Shown: one piece after another, positions 39,501 through 54,500 of the stretch
Layout of the letters: each line of letters starts with the position of its first letter
How positions within the stretch are numbered: position 1 is the first letter of the stretch
Assembly: GCF_963676685.1 (NCBI RefSeq)
Contig: NC_092355.1
Location: 81,158,001 to 81,222,000 of the forward strand
DNA length: 64,000 bases
Direction of reading: 5' to 3'
DNA from: Mytilus edulis
Taxonomy: Eukaryota
Translations under genes and position numbers: made by a program
Notes under the pieces: model-generated
Seen by the model: only the letters and a program-made list of their open reading frames with translations
What the model was told of the DNA's origin: nothing
The model's database searches: none

Positions 39501-42500
39501 CTTAGTTAAAGGTTTCCACCAATCAGAACCACTGAAAAGTTTGATAATTAGAATATTTTAAAATCAGGGACAGTTTTTTGGGGGTGGGGAAATTGTAGAA
39601 ATAACTTATATTATTTGCTTTAAGCAATTTATTATATTTTCAGATAACTAAGCCTAGTGAAGATAGAATGGTTTACAGCCAGTATGTTATTTGTAATGAT
39701 ACAAGTCACACAGTCAGGTTTGGTCAGGTAATCCATCTTGAATTAAGTCATATACTGGTAATTTAATAAACTTGTCTGCTAGACAAAGTTTTTGTGAGAT
39801 GATGCGGCCCTGAAGATTTCACTATATTTCCCCTTCTCTACATTTACTGTTGTTGCCATTATCTGATACTATGTGTCTCTGATTCATCATTATATATTGT
39901 ATTATGTTATCTGATACTATGTGTCTCTGATTCATCATTATATATTGTATTATGTTATCTGATACTATGTGTCTCTGATTCATCATTATATATTGTATTA
40001 TGTTATCTGATACTATGTGTCTCTGATTCATCATTATATATTGTATTATGTTATCTGGTTTAAATCAGGTAATAATATCAGATTATTACATGGCATTTTT
40101 CATATCGCATGTATTATCAGCCCTAGGTTCAATATCAGACCAAGAGCCGCATGGCTCGAGGGCTGATATTGACCGAGGGCTGATAATACATGCGATATGA
40201 AAAATGACATGTTATGATCTTTTTATCATATGCTTCAACAGTAGAAAAAAATAACAGATTCATATATTGATCCTTCTACGTGGTTCCCGAAAAGAAGTTG
40301 AAAGACCCAAAATTTGATACATTCAATATGAAATCTTTCCATCATATGCCTCAACAGAGAAAAAAACAACAGATTTTAATATAAACGAATCGACAAAAAA
40401 ATAATTCAACAATATACATAATGAACATTGTTTGGAAAGTCAACTTTTTTAAAGTAACTTTCTAAATTATGTTTCAGAAAAACTTAAAAAATGCATTTAT
40501 TTAATATTTTTTTTAAATTAAATTAAATTTAATTATTTTACACAATATACTTTCCAGTATTCAAATAATTGTTTTGTACACTACTTTGTAATGTTTTTCA
40601 CTGAAAACGTAGCATTGAGGTGTATTTTCCGGAATTTGCCGAGTATCACCGGAATGCCATGTGATAACGTTACGGAAAGGCATGTGATAACAATCGAAGC
40701 ATGTGATAAACTTTTCATATCAGCCCGCTAAGCACCAATTCGAAAAATATGGAAAATACTTTAATTTAATGCTATTATCATACGGTAAAAATCATATGTT
40801 ATTTAGTCTAAGTATATGATAACTGTTTATATTTTATAGCTTAAATACCCATAAATATTAATTTAAAATTAAATTGCAGAATTACATAAACCTTTTATTA
40901 TTTGACCTTTACATGCTTGCAAATAATGCAAAGCACGAAAACTATAGATCATTGAGTATCTGTCAGATTAAAACTATAGATCCTTGAGTATCGGTCAGAT
41001 TAAAACTATAGATCCTTGAGTATCGGTCAGATTAAAACTATAGATCCTTGAGTATCGGTCAGATTAAAACTATAGATCCTTGAGTATCGGTCAGATTAAA
41101 ACTATAGATCCTTGAGTATCGGTCAGATTAAAACTATAGATCCTTGAGTATCGGTCAGGTTAAAACTATAGATCCTTGAGTATCGGTCAGGTTAAAACTA
41201 TAGATCCTTGAGTATCGGTCAGGTTAAAACTATAGATCCTTGAGTATCGGTCAGATTAAAACTATAGATCCTTGAGTATCGGTCAGATTAAAACTATAGA
41301 TCCTTGAGTATCGGTCAGATTAAAACTATAGATCCTTGAGTATCGGTCAGATTAAAACTATAGATCATTGAGTATCGGTCAGATTAAAACTATAGATCCT
41401 TGAGTATCGGTCAGATTAAAACTATAGATCCTTGAGTATCGGTCAGATTAAAACTATAGATCCTTGAGTATCTGTCAGATTAAAACTATAGATCATTGAG
41501 TATCGGTCAGATTAAAACTATAGATCCTTGAGTATCTGTCAGATTAAAACTATAGATCCTTGAGTATCTGTCAGATTAAAACTATAGATCCTTGAGTATC
41601 TGTCAGATTAAAACTATAGATCCTTGAGTATCTGTCAGATTAAAACTATAGATCATTGAGTATCTGTCAGATTAAAACTATAGATCATTGAGTATCTGTC
41701 AGATTAAAACTATAGATCATTGAGTATCTGTCAGATTAAAACTATAGATCCTTGAGTATCTGTCAGATTAAAACTATAGATCCTTGAGTATCTGTCAGAT
41801 TAAAACTATAGATCATTGAGTATCGGTCAGATTTATAGATGATGGTTATCTACAATTTTAATTTAGAAACAAACAAACTTGCTAACGATTGTGAATAACT
41901 ATTTTATAATTATTTTAAGAACAGACTTATAATAATGACCTTGAATTTCAATTGAAGGTTGGCACAGAAGAAAATATTCTGCTACATTCCAGACAGATGA
42001 ACTGCTATAGTTGGAGATCTCAGAAAACTAAACAGGTATGATATAAAATAACAGGTAACACATCACAAACATAAGACATTGTTATTTAAAAGTTAACTGC
42101 TGTAAGATTTGCAAATGGCACACCATGATTTATTATATTTGGTGTGAAAACAGTGAAACTATAAGACTTTAAGATAGTGTAGTTTCTGTAAAGGAATTTA
42201 AAATGTGATTGTAGTAACAAGTCAAGTTTAAGTTTTGTTCAGCCTCGCTTATTTTTGCGGGAATTATAGGCTTTGGACTATGAGAAATTGTTGAAAATGA
42301 CAGTTATATGGAATTTTTTCTAAACACCTTAAGAGATTAGGCTGATTTTCAGTATGTGAGTTAACCATGATGAGTTACAGGTCAAGTTTAAGTTTCGTTC
42401 CGCTCCGCTAATTTTTCCAACTATCAGAACCACTGAAAAGTTTGAAAATTAGAAAAAATCTAAAATCGGGGACACAGTTTTAGGGGGTGGGGGGAAATTG

Positions 42501-45500
42501 TAGAAATAAAGTATATTATTTGCTTAAAGCAATTTATAATATTTTCAGATAACTAGAGTGGGGTGCTCATTTTCACCACATCTTTCCATGTTTTCTACAG
42601 TTTATGTTCTGACAGGTCTAAATGTTTTTGAAGTATACTGATATTTCTATATGAAGATAACTTCAAATACAAAATATACTTAAGCTTGAAAACCGGTTTG
42701 TTTTAAGAAAATCATCTGAAAAGTTAGATTAAAGGGTGTTTGAAATTTCCGGATGTTTTGTCAATGGGGGACACATATTCGCCGTTTTTACACATCTATT
42801 TAAAACCAAATAACCGCAGCTTTTAACAATTTTTATCAAATCAATTGCATTATAGATGAATAGCAGACATTTCAAAGGTATAAAGAATTCAAAATTAGGG
42901 CATTCAGTCAAATATTTACTTAGAAATACTTCTTTGAAATCTTGTTTTTTATTCAGGAAATTGTCCGAAAATCGTTGTCCGTTTTTCGGTCATTTTCGGT
43001 AGGAGCCGCAATTTTGTCTCAGTTTAAAAAAATATTATATTTGTTATAAAAATATAATTTACGGGTACATTTCTTCCATTTCAGCCATCCTTTGAAGTTT
43101 TTACACCTCAAAATCCTTAAACGGCGAAATTGTGTCCCCGGCGAAAATGAGCACCCCACTCTAGATTGTAGTAATCTTGGTGACTAATCTCTACATATGT
43201 GTTTGCTATGATCTTTGTGACTTAGAGTTACACATGGGTTTTGAGAGCTACACATATGTTTGTTAGTATATTTGACTAAGTGCTGCACATGTGTTTGTTA
43301 TAATTCTGTGACTAAGAGCTATACATCTGTTTGTAGTTATCGGTGTGACTATAAATTTATTGTTCTGTTATCTTTGTTATAAATAGCTACACATGTCATG
43401 ATGTATTTGTAGTAACTAATTTTATTTTAGGAGCTACACATGTGTTTGGATGGTAAGATATGGAAATGGTGTGAAGCGTTTGACCTAGATACTATTGGTA
43501 CAGTTGTCAGAGTAGTAAAAACTATAGACAGACGGTATACAGTTCTAATTCAGATAAAACAAATCTCTAACTCACAGAAACAGGTAATACTATAGACCTA
43601 GAGACCATTGTTTAATGGGAGATAACTCAAACTGTCTTAGTGATCAGTAACCAGATTTCCTAGTGATATAGAATAAGAATACTTTATTAATCCAATTATG
43701 GACCCTTGCAGGTTTTAAATTTCATACAATGATTACAATGATTTGTGTTATAACAATGAAATAATAAAATAAAATACCTCACAATAGAACACTGAACAGT
43801 TATTGCATGCACATGGAAGAGAATTATATACATGTATATGACAGGTGATTCACATTGAAATAATGTTTTTATGGCCTCACCAAAAAGTCTTTTTAGACTC
43901 TCTTTCATATTTTGTATTTGGTCTCTTGTGGAGAGTTGTCTCATTGGCAATTATATCACATCTTTTTTTTATATAATTTTTTGTTGTTGAAAATAAACAG
44001 TTATACAGTTTTTTTTTCTCTAAATGCCTTCACAAATTGAGCTGGTTTTTCGTATGTGTGTCTACAATGATGAGTTACAGAGTTAAAGCTCTGTTGATTT
44101 TTTACCAAATTGAGGTGTTGGACTTGAGAAAAAAAATCTTGAAACAGATAAACAGAATTGAAAGAGAGCTATTCTGTTTGCAACTGCCTTTGGTTGGAAG
44201 ATAACTAACAGTCTAATTTCTTAGAATGTATATGACTAGCATTAGTCAATATTGGAAAGTTATAAACAAAATGGACAAGCTCTTTTCACTTTTTGGATCA
44301 TAATGAGGTTTTCATAACTTTGAAATGATGCCCGAGTGTACTTTATTTTACAGATTATAATAAAAGGACAGTTTTTATTGGCCAACAGACTATCATGTGA
44401 CCTAGATATAGAAATGCACTCACCATCATTAGAGTCAGGAAAAGTTGCAGATGTATTGCCAGGGGCAACAGCTTCCCACACATATGTCCTTGAACTTGAT
44501 GATAACATAATGATGAAGGTCAGAAGGAAAGGGAAGACTTTATCCTGGTCAAAGGACATACTGATCTCCAAAGATAAAGTTCCCTCCAGTCAAATGATTT
44601 ATGTAAGTTTTTAGTAGAGAAGTTTTTGTTTTTTATGTTCTTGTTCAATTAAAATCACATCTAAATTAACTGATTATATATCAAGGTCCCGAAAGAAAAG
44701 TCCACCTCATTCAGTAATAAACTTTTGCAAACTTTTAAAATAACCTTATACAATGAAACCTGGGTAAACCGAACCCTGATAAAACCGAATTTCAGTTTAA
44801 ACCGAACAATTTTCAAAGTCCCACACAATTTCCCTATCAATTAAAGTTAATCTAACCTGAAATAACCGAACCCTGTCAACACAGAATTTCGAAAGCTTTT
44901 TGAAGGCTCGTTAGTAAATATGTATTTAAATATTACCTGTCAAAATCGATCGATAGCAATCAAAACAAAAACGTTTTTTTAATTGTTTGCGTGATTTAAA
45001 TAAACATACACAGGATGACAGAGTATCCCCGAGGGTATTTGAGGTTAAATTAATTGGTGAGTTGTTATTACAAATTAATTAGCATGTTTGTGTCCATGTT
45101 TTCAGTGACAAACAATTTTCTTGTAAAGAAATGTTAAACTTGTCAATTACCCCCATCGCCGATAAAGACAAGAAAGGAACTATCCATTAGATCAATTAAA
45201 TGCACCTTAGAGGCCCTATATATATATAATTCAGATGCTCCTAGAGACTTCCGTTAGCTATTTAGCAACGATAAAGTCCGAGAATAAACTGGACCTCTGC
45301 TGTTGTTTCACTCTTATCTTGTGGCGAAGTATCAATCAGCGGGTGGCCAGTTTAGTGCGAGAACTCGTGTGTACAATGACGATCTCGATTCAACTACTGT
45401 TCGTCATTTGACAGTGACTGGGAATCTAAATTGGTTAGTGAATTAACAGCTGAGAAAATAATTATAAAAGCAAAATCGCTCCATGCCGGATATTATTAAA

Positions 45501-48500
45501 GGATTTATAGTTTCTAAACGACGAGCGTGATTGACAAGTTGGCGTTTTATTTATAAACAAAAATGAAGCAATACGTGTATCTTCATCCCCTGATATTTTT
45601 ACATTTTCATCTAAATCAACATGAAAAAAAAATGTTGTTTGTTGTGTCACCTAGCTATTATCCCTTGTCAGTAAGTGCGAAAATTATTTTGGTGTCGACT
45701 TCCGTTTACCTCTACAATCCGAACACCTTTGAAAACCGAACAAAACTCAAAGTCCTGTGGGTGTTCGGTTTGGACAGGTTTCACTGTATCAGGTTGAAAG
45801 ATTTATTCTGTTGTTAATAGAGATTATATATTTGTAAGGTTGACCTAATTAGGTATATTCTAACAATTACTAGTACCAAGTTAGGAATAGGAATCTTCAA
45901 TGGGAAATTTAAGTGAGTGGTTTATTTTTATGCAGATTTCATGATTAACAGTAAATTGCAAAAATATCTTCTGGCAGACATTTGATTCTAACAGAATTTC
46001 AGAATCCAGGCCAAGAAAACTGGAAAATAAAATGTAGGAGATGATGCTTAGATCCAATAAATGTAAATTGAAACTCTGAGAAAATGAAATATTAAAAACA
46101 ACATTTGAAATTACCACATAGTAATTGTTTTAATGGTTGACTGGTTTCACCATCAGGTTTGTCATCTTCAGGACACACTTTGTTATTATAGTAATGTCTT
46201 TCAGGTACCATGTGTACAGGAGTCTTACATTCATGTGTGGTGTCATGTTATTATTGTAATGTCTTTCAGGTACCATGTGTACAGGAGTCTTACATTCATG
46301 TGTGGTGTCATGTTATTATTGTAATGTCTTTCAGGTACCATGTGTACAGGAGTCTTACATTCATGTGTGGTGTCATGTTATTATTGTTATGTTTTTCAGA
46401 TACCATGTGTACAGGAGTCTTACATTCATGTGTGGTGTCATGTTATTATTGTAATGTCTTTCAGGTACCATGTGTACAGGAGTCTTACATTCATGTGTGG
46501 TGTCATGTTATTATTGTAATGTCTTTCAGATACCATGTGTACAGGAGTCTTACATTCATGTGTGGTGTCATGTTATTATTGTAATGTCTTTCAGGTACCA
46601 TGTGTACAGGAGTCTTACATTCATGTGTGGTGTCATGTTATTATTGTTATGTTTTTCAGATACCATGTGTACAGGAGTCTTACATTCATGTGTGGTGTCA
46701 TGTTATTATTGTAATGTCTTTCAGATACCATGTGTACAGGAGTCTTACATTCATGTGTGGTGTCATGTATATGAACAGATTACCAAAGGAGCATCCAGAT
46801 TATTGGTAAACATATACATATTATATTTTAGGGTTTTCCCTCCTGAAAACTGATTTTTTATTCCACTTTATGTTAACAAACAATATTTAAATAACCACTG
46901 CCTTATTTTATCATTTAATTGTAACTTATTTTACATTTTCCTATGGCAAACATTTATTTGCATCTTTTTTTGCCTTGATGGATATAAAAAAGAAGATGTG
47001 GTATGATTGCCAATGAGACAACTGACACAGAAATTAACAACTATAGGTTACCGTACGGCCTTCAACAATGAGCAAAGCCCATACCGCATAGTAAGCTATA
47101 AAAGGCCGTGATAAGACAATGTAAAACAATTCAAAAGAGAAAACTGACGGCCTTATTTCTATAAAAAAAAAAATGAACGAAAACAAATATGTTGCACATA
47201 AACAAACGACAACCACTGAATTACAGACTGGGGACAGGCACATACATAAATAATGTGGCGGGGTTAAATATGTTAGTGGAGTATAGAAGAAAGACTTAAC
47301 TCACCTGTTTCCTTCGGGTGCATCAACACTTAAAGGGGAACTACTTACTGTTGATTCAATTATTGTTGTGTGTGTTATTTGTACTGAAATAATAAAGCTC
47401 TTTAGACATTGTTTGTGACTAATGAATGAATGAATCCACATTATATACAGTACTTTTGATAATAAGAAAGAAAGAACGAGTCCGAAAATGTTAATTACTA
47501 AAATTATATCATGTTATAAACTTTACAATATTTTTATTTTTTTTTATAAATTAGACCGTTAGTTTTCCTGTTTGAATGGCTTTACACTAGTAATTTTTGG
47601 GCCCTTTATAGCTTGTTGTTCAGTGTGGGCCAAGGCTCTGTGTTAAAGGCCGTACATTGACCTATAATGGTTTAATTTTATAAATTGTTATTTGGATGGA
47701 GAGTTGTCTCATTTGCACTCCTACCACATCTTCCTATATCTATTTAAATTTTCAAGATTTAAGAATTTTTTTTTTAAAAAGTATTATAATTGACAGAACA
47801 GCATGATAGTGTTGGGGGCCTTATATAGCTGGCTTTCTTGTGTGAATTTTGTTCAATGTTAAAGGCTATGCAGTGACCTATAGTTTTGACATCATTTGAT
47901 TGGTCTTTGATGGAGAGTTGTCTCAGTGGCAATCGTACCACTTTATTATTATATTATATGATCCATAGGTGATGTTTTGTCCTCTGTATGTCCTGAGATC
48001 ACACTTGCCCTGTTCTCTGTTTGTTTCCATGGCGATACCAAACCTTGGGAAGAAAAAGGAAGTGGAAATGGCTGGCAAAGGGAGATCACTACAGCTAGAA
48101 CTATTGGGTGATGCTAAATATGATCTGAGTTTTAAATTGAGGTATTGAATATGATTATTATGCTACAACTTTGAAATATAACATAGAAGTTGAATCTGAA
48201 TGAATCATATGGTAATGTCCTAATGTATTTCTGAAACAAGACACAACAATTCCATTTTATGTAGAAAATCCAACAAAACATAGTTAAGGATGTTCGCTGC
48301 TCAGTTTCAAAATAAATAACTTTTCACAAAACTAGTATGTATTGATAGGGAATACATTGAGGAATAAAAAAAGCAAAAAATATATACGGGTCAATGTGCT
48401 TGTTTTCGAGATATTAGCCAAAATTTAATTTTGGATGTTAAGCATCTTCTGATTGGCTGACATTATTTTGTTATCAGCCCATAGACATAATTTAGTCATG

Positions 48501-51500
48501 TGACCGTGACGTCATCAACGTTTTTTAATTGTTTTCAACGGTTTAAAATGGAATTTGGAATTGAATTATAAGAAATGACTGTAATATTTTTTCTGTCTGT
48601 TCGAAATAACATAAAAAATGTGGTGCACACTGTGAAATAACCCGCTATGCGCTCTATTCAGTGTGCACCAATTTTTTGTTGTTATTTCTTCATAGACAGA
48701 AAAAATATTACAGTCATTCCTTAATTGGAATTTTGGCGGGAAAATATTCTCTCTTGATTTTTCATAGCTTTATCATTGACCAGTTAAAGTTCTCAAATAC
48801 TGTTAAAAAATAAATAAAATTTTATAAGACTTTTACAAATGACTTATAATTATACATGTAAAAGATTTATAAAAAGAAAAATGGGGGTTTATGGGGAATT
48901 TTTTTTTTTGCATTCAAATAGATAAAACCAGAGGATTCCGAAAATCTGTAAAAAATTCCAAAACATGACAAGCATACATCCTTAAAGCAGTCTGTTAAAT
49001 AATGCTTTCTATGTAAATACTACACAGAAAAGGATTAATTATGACTGTTTGCCAATTCTTTTAAAATTACAAGTAACATTGAAGAAGAATAAGTTGATGG
49101 TTTTTTAAAATATATTTATCAAAATTATAAAAAGTAAAGTAGGGGTTAATAGGCAAAATATTTGTTTGAATTACATGGATATAACTAGAGGATTCCATAT
49201 ACCTAACAAAAACTGAAAAACAAGAGGATTCAATATACCTGACAAAAACTAGAGGATTCCAAATACCTGACAAAAACTAGAGGATTCCAAATACCTGACA
49301 AAAACTAGAGGATTCCAAATACCTGACAAAAACTTCATATACCTGACAAAAACTAGAGGATTCCAAATACCTGACAAAAACTGGAGGATTCCAAATACCT
49401 GACAAAAACTAGAGGATTCCAAATACCTGACAAAAACTAGAGGATTCCATATACCTGACAAAAACTGGAGGATTCCAAATACCTGACAAAAACTGGAGGA
49501 TTCCAAATACCTGACAAAAACTAGAGGATTCCAAATACCTGACAAAAACTGGAGGATTCCAAATACCTGACAAAAACTGGAGGATTCCAAATACCTGACA
49601 AAAACTGGAGGATTCCAAATACCTGACAAAAACTGGAGGATTCCAAATACCTGACAAAAACTAGAGGATTCCAAATACCTGACAAAAACTGGAGGATTCC
49701 AAATACCTGACAAAAACTAGAGGATTCCAAATACCTGACAAAAACTCAAAAACAAGACGAGCAAACATCCTTATAAACCTTTTAAGAATGATTTATTTTA
49801 GAGATCATATTGAGGCAAATTGGTGCAGTACTGACCTTGACCACAATTTAAGATCTCATGTAATAACCTTGACCTCTCTTTATAATCTTTTAAGGATGAA
49901 TATTTTCTATTTCAGGTCAGATACTGACAAAGTTGACCCTGCATTGACCTTGACCCCTGAGCTTATTAACCAGGTTGAGAGGAAAGAAACTAAAAAATGT
50001 GATTTTGATAAGATGTTGGCTGTGATGAATGACCAGTGGTCAGATAAATGGCCATACACAGGATACTCTATTAGGTAAGTTGACAGTGATTGACCAGGAA
50101 TTACAATGGTCACCATACAGATTTGTATACATATAGTAGTAAGTAACAAGGTTAGGTTTGAACATTAATGTCCATTGGTCAGTTAAATGGTCAGACACCA
50201 AATATTCCATATACCATAGAATATTAAAAGTTATATCAGACCATGAAAGTCCAGTGGTCAGTTAAATGGTCAGACACCAAACATTCCATCTACCATATAG
50301 TATCAAGTTTTCAGACCATGAGTGACTAGTGGCCACATACATTTCCTTAGGCAATATTGTTGTGTTTTGTGAATATTTTAACTCATTGTTTGATTGTGTT
50401 AATGTCAACATGGCTGATGTTTCATTTTAAATTGTTTAGGTATTTCAAAAAAGTATTTAATTGAGTCATTCTACTGTAGATCCATTTATTTTCGTGGGTT
50501 AAGGAAAAGTAACATGTTCGTGGATATTTAATTTCGTGGTTTTGCTGAAGTTTGCATACAAGACTTAAGAAAATTTGGTATTTGTTGAACTTTTAATTTC
50601 ATGGTTCACTGGTTCCCACGAAATCCACGAAAATTGGTATCCAACGAATAATAATGAATCCACAGTATATCTATTTAGTTTGAACTCAAAAAAGAAAAAC
50701 TACCAATAATTGTCCCTCCTTACAATTAAGTACCATCCGTTCTGTTAGGTATATGTTTAAGTGTGTGTTTATTCTGTACATTATGATCACTTACTGACTT
50801 ATAAAACTCATGTGTATTCTACTTCACAGTGATGAAAGTCAGTTACAGAAACAGCCAGCTAGTGAATTAAGTGACCTTGACCTATCATTACCTAGTATTG
50901 ACCTGAGTTTGACCTTGACAGAGTTTTGGCCTGGATGTAGTACTTTGCTTATTGATGTGTGTCCATGGTGTCTATTGACCAATCACAGCACATTAGATCT
51001 AGTATTTATAGATTCTAGTAAAGAAACATGGCCACTTCCTCAAGGAAAGACATTTAGTCCTCCTAAACTACAGGTAATTTATTATTGCAAATTTTGGGTT
51101 AACAATTTATTTACAATACAGACTTGATTTTTTTTCTAACCACAAAGTCAAATATAAAAATAAAATCTGTAATCTATGAAAATTGATACCTTCAAAAGAA
51201 AATGAATCCATAGTATTTTAAAAATAATTACTGCAGAAGATTAAAAAAAACCATCTTGAGATGTTCAGACACTATATTATCATTAGAAACTGACGTAATC
51301 TTTAAAATTTATTTTCAATTGGATAGTAAATAGATGAAAGAAGATGTGGTATGAGTGCAAAAGAGACAGTTCTCCATCCATGTCACAATTTGTTCAACAC
51401 CAGGGATGATTCCACTATATAGTTTAGGGCCGCTTAACGGCCCTTAAATCTGACAGCGGCCCCAAAAAAATGTACATGAAAATGAATTCTCAATTCAGGA

Positions 51501-54500
51501 AAATAAAATAAAAATCGATATTTCCGGAAAAGTTTCTGTCACCGATTTTAAAGGCAACTATAATTTTTCATAGTTTGTTGTCAAAACGTTTTAAAATCCG
51601 GATAAGAATGCTGTTCACGATCGAATTTTATTAACAATGATTTAATTATGTCAACATGTGGCAAACAATTTTATCAGCCGAATTCAACTGATTAATATGT
51701 AACAGGAGTATTCGATCTTGTAAAGGCAGATCGCCCAGCAGGTTGATAAAAATGGGTGTCAAAGCACACCTCGGCAGAGAGAAAATTCAAATTTTGATAT
51801 AACATATTGATGGATAAAGATTAATTGGCGCCGATCTCGTAAAAGCAGATCGCCCAGCAGAGCAGGTTATATAATGTGATGAAAACTTGTTTTGTAAAAG
51901 AAATTATTTCCTCAAAAGACAAAAGTTTGAGCGTTTTTTGAAAATAATGTTGATTAAAGACCATTCATGAAATACGATGTCATCATTATGGAACTATTTC
52001 AAAAGTTTTGGTTCAATGCTTGAAATATCTTATCAATTAAGTATATGAACTTTTGTAATTGCTTTTCTGAATTCGACAAATGACTAGTTCAATTTGAAAT
52101 CCATTTGAATCAAGGTAAATTTATAGAGATGACCTGCTGTTGAAAAAATACCCGATGAATGATTTTTTTCAGTGGTTTATGTTAGCTGAAATATATGTTT
52201 TTGTAATAGGCCTAGGTAACGATAGCTAAGATGATAGACTAGTGCATTATCTTCAATGATATTCATGTAATAACAGTAACCCATCCAGAATTATTGAAAA
52301 TGTTACAACTTACATGAACATCAGTGTACAGGTTAAACTTAATAATATACATTTTCCGTTTTTACAGGAAAATAATGTTATTTCATCTTAGATTTTATGC
52401 TTAAAAAATTCCCAATTAGAATAAAAATTCCCAATTTGATGTTCAAGGGACCCATTTGAAAACACCTGGAATCATCCCTGAACACAGAGCCTTGGCTCAC
52501 ACCGAATAAATGACAAGTATAAAACCTTTATAACGAGAAAACAAAGGTATAATCTATATAAAAAACAAGAAAAGAAAAACACTTATGAACCACATAAACA
52601 AACAACCACTGAACAACAGGCTCCTGATTAAGGTCAGGTGCAGTAATTCTATAATGTGTATACAATAGATCTCATTTGATTTATTTATGTTTTAAACATT
52701 AACATAACTACCTAGAAACACAGGTAAAGCACAAGAAAACATTTTGTTTATATATTTGAATGTTTTAATTGTAAATGTTAATTGTGTAAAGTTTTTTGTC
52801 TGTTCATTCATTTCTTAAGTTTTCCTTTTTTTGCGCCCATTGATTCATGTTGAATGGTGTAAATGTCCACCACTTGAATAAGATGACATTGACATCATTT
52901 TACACATGTATTTCTTGTTTTAAAAAAAAAACCATCAATTGGAAAATTAATTATTTTTTTAATTTTGACTTAACAAGAATACTTTAAAAACAAAAGATTT
53001 TCATCCTTTATCCCATTACAGACATCCTTTAGTATTGGTATAGTTATAAATGGTAATCTCCACCAAGGAGGTGAGATAGGTCTATTTATAAGTTGTTTCT
53101 ATATACATTACAGTCATCCTTTAGTATTGGTATAGTTATAAATGGTAATCTCCATCAAGGAGGTGAGATAGGTCTATTTATAAGTTGTTTCTATGTATTA
53201 CAGTTATCCTTTAGTATTGGTATAGTTATAAATGGTAATCTCCATCAAGGAGGTGAGATAGGTCTATTTATAAGTTGTTTCTATGTATTACAGTCATCCT
53301 TTAGTATTGGTATAGTTATAAATGGTAATCTCCATCAAGGAGGTGAGATATGTCTATTTATAAGTTGTTTCTATATACATTACAGTCATCCTTTAGTATT
53401 GGTATAGTTATAAATGGTAATCTCCTTCAAGGAGGTGAGATAGGTCTATTTATAAGTTGTTTCTATGTATTACAGTCATCCTTTAGTATTGGTATAGTTA
53501 TAAATGGTAATCTCCATCAAGGAGGTGAGATAGGTCTATTTATAAGTTGTTTCTATGTACATTGTATTACAGTCATCCTTTAGTATTGGTATAGTTATAA
53601 ATGGTAATCTCCATCAAGGAGGTGAGATAGGTCTATTTATAAGTTGTTTCTATGTATTACAGTCATCCTTTAGTATTGGTATAGTTATAAATGGTAATCT
53701 CCATCAAGGAGGTGAGATAGGTCTATTTATAAGTTGTTTCTATGTATTACAGTCATCCTTTAGTATTGGTATAGTTATAAATGGTAATCTCCATCAAGGA
53801 GGTGAGATAGGTCTATTTATAAGTTGTTTCTATGTATTACAGTCATCCTTTACTATTGGTATAGTTATAAATGGTAATCTCCATCGAGGAGAAGAGATAG
53901 GTCTATTTATAAGTTGTTTCTATGTATTACAGTCATCCTTTAGTATTGGTATAGTTATAAATGGTAATCTCCATCAAGGATTTAACTTCGCGATATTTTT
54001 CTACTCGCGAAAATTATTTGGTTTACAGTATTTATAAGTTGTTTCTATGTATTACAGTCATCCTTTAGTATTGGTATAGTTATAAATGGTAATCTCCATC
54101 AAGGAGGTGAGATAGGTCTATTTATAAGTTGTTTCTATGTATTACAGTCATCCTTTAGTATTGGTATAGTTATAAATGGTAATCTCCATCGAGGAGGTGA
54201 GATAGGTCTATTTATAAGTCGTTTCTATGTATTACAGTCATCCTTTAGTATTGGTATAGTTTTAAATGGTAATCTCCATCAAGGAGGTGAGATAGGTCTA
54301 TTTATAAGTTGTTTCTATGTATTACAGTCATCCTTTAGTATTGGTATAGTTATAAATGGTAATCTCCATCAAGGAGGTGAGATATGTATATCTGAGGAGG
54401 CTGTAGCAGACCAGAGGTATAGACAGGATCTAGGTAAAACCCTGTACAAAGATGGGTATGCTCAGACACAGATATTGGTGACATCACATCAAAACATGCA

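Noticed and set aside
49067-49730. Minus-strand repetitive ORFs (SGIWNPPVFVRY)
   Set aside because: By-products of the 28-bp minisatellite.
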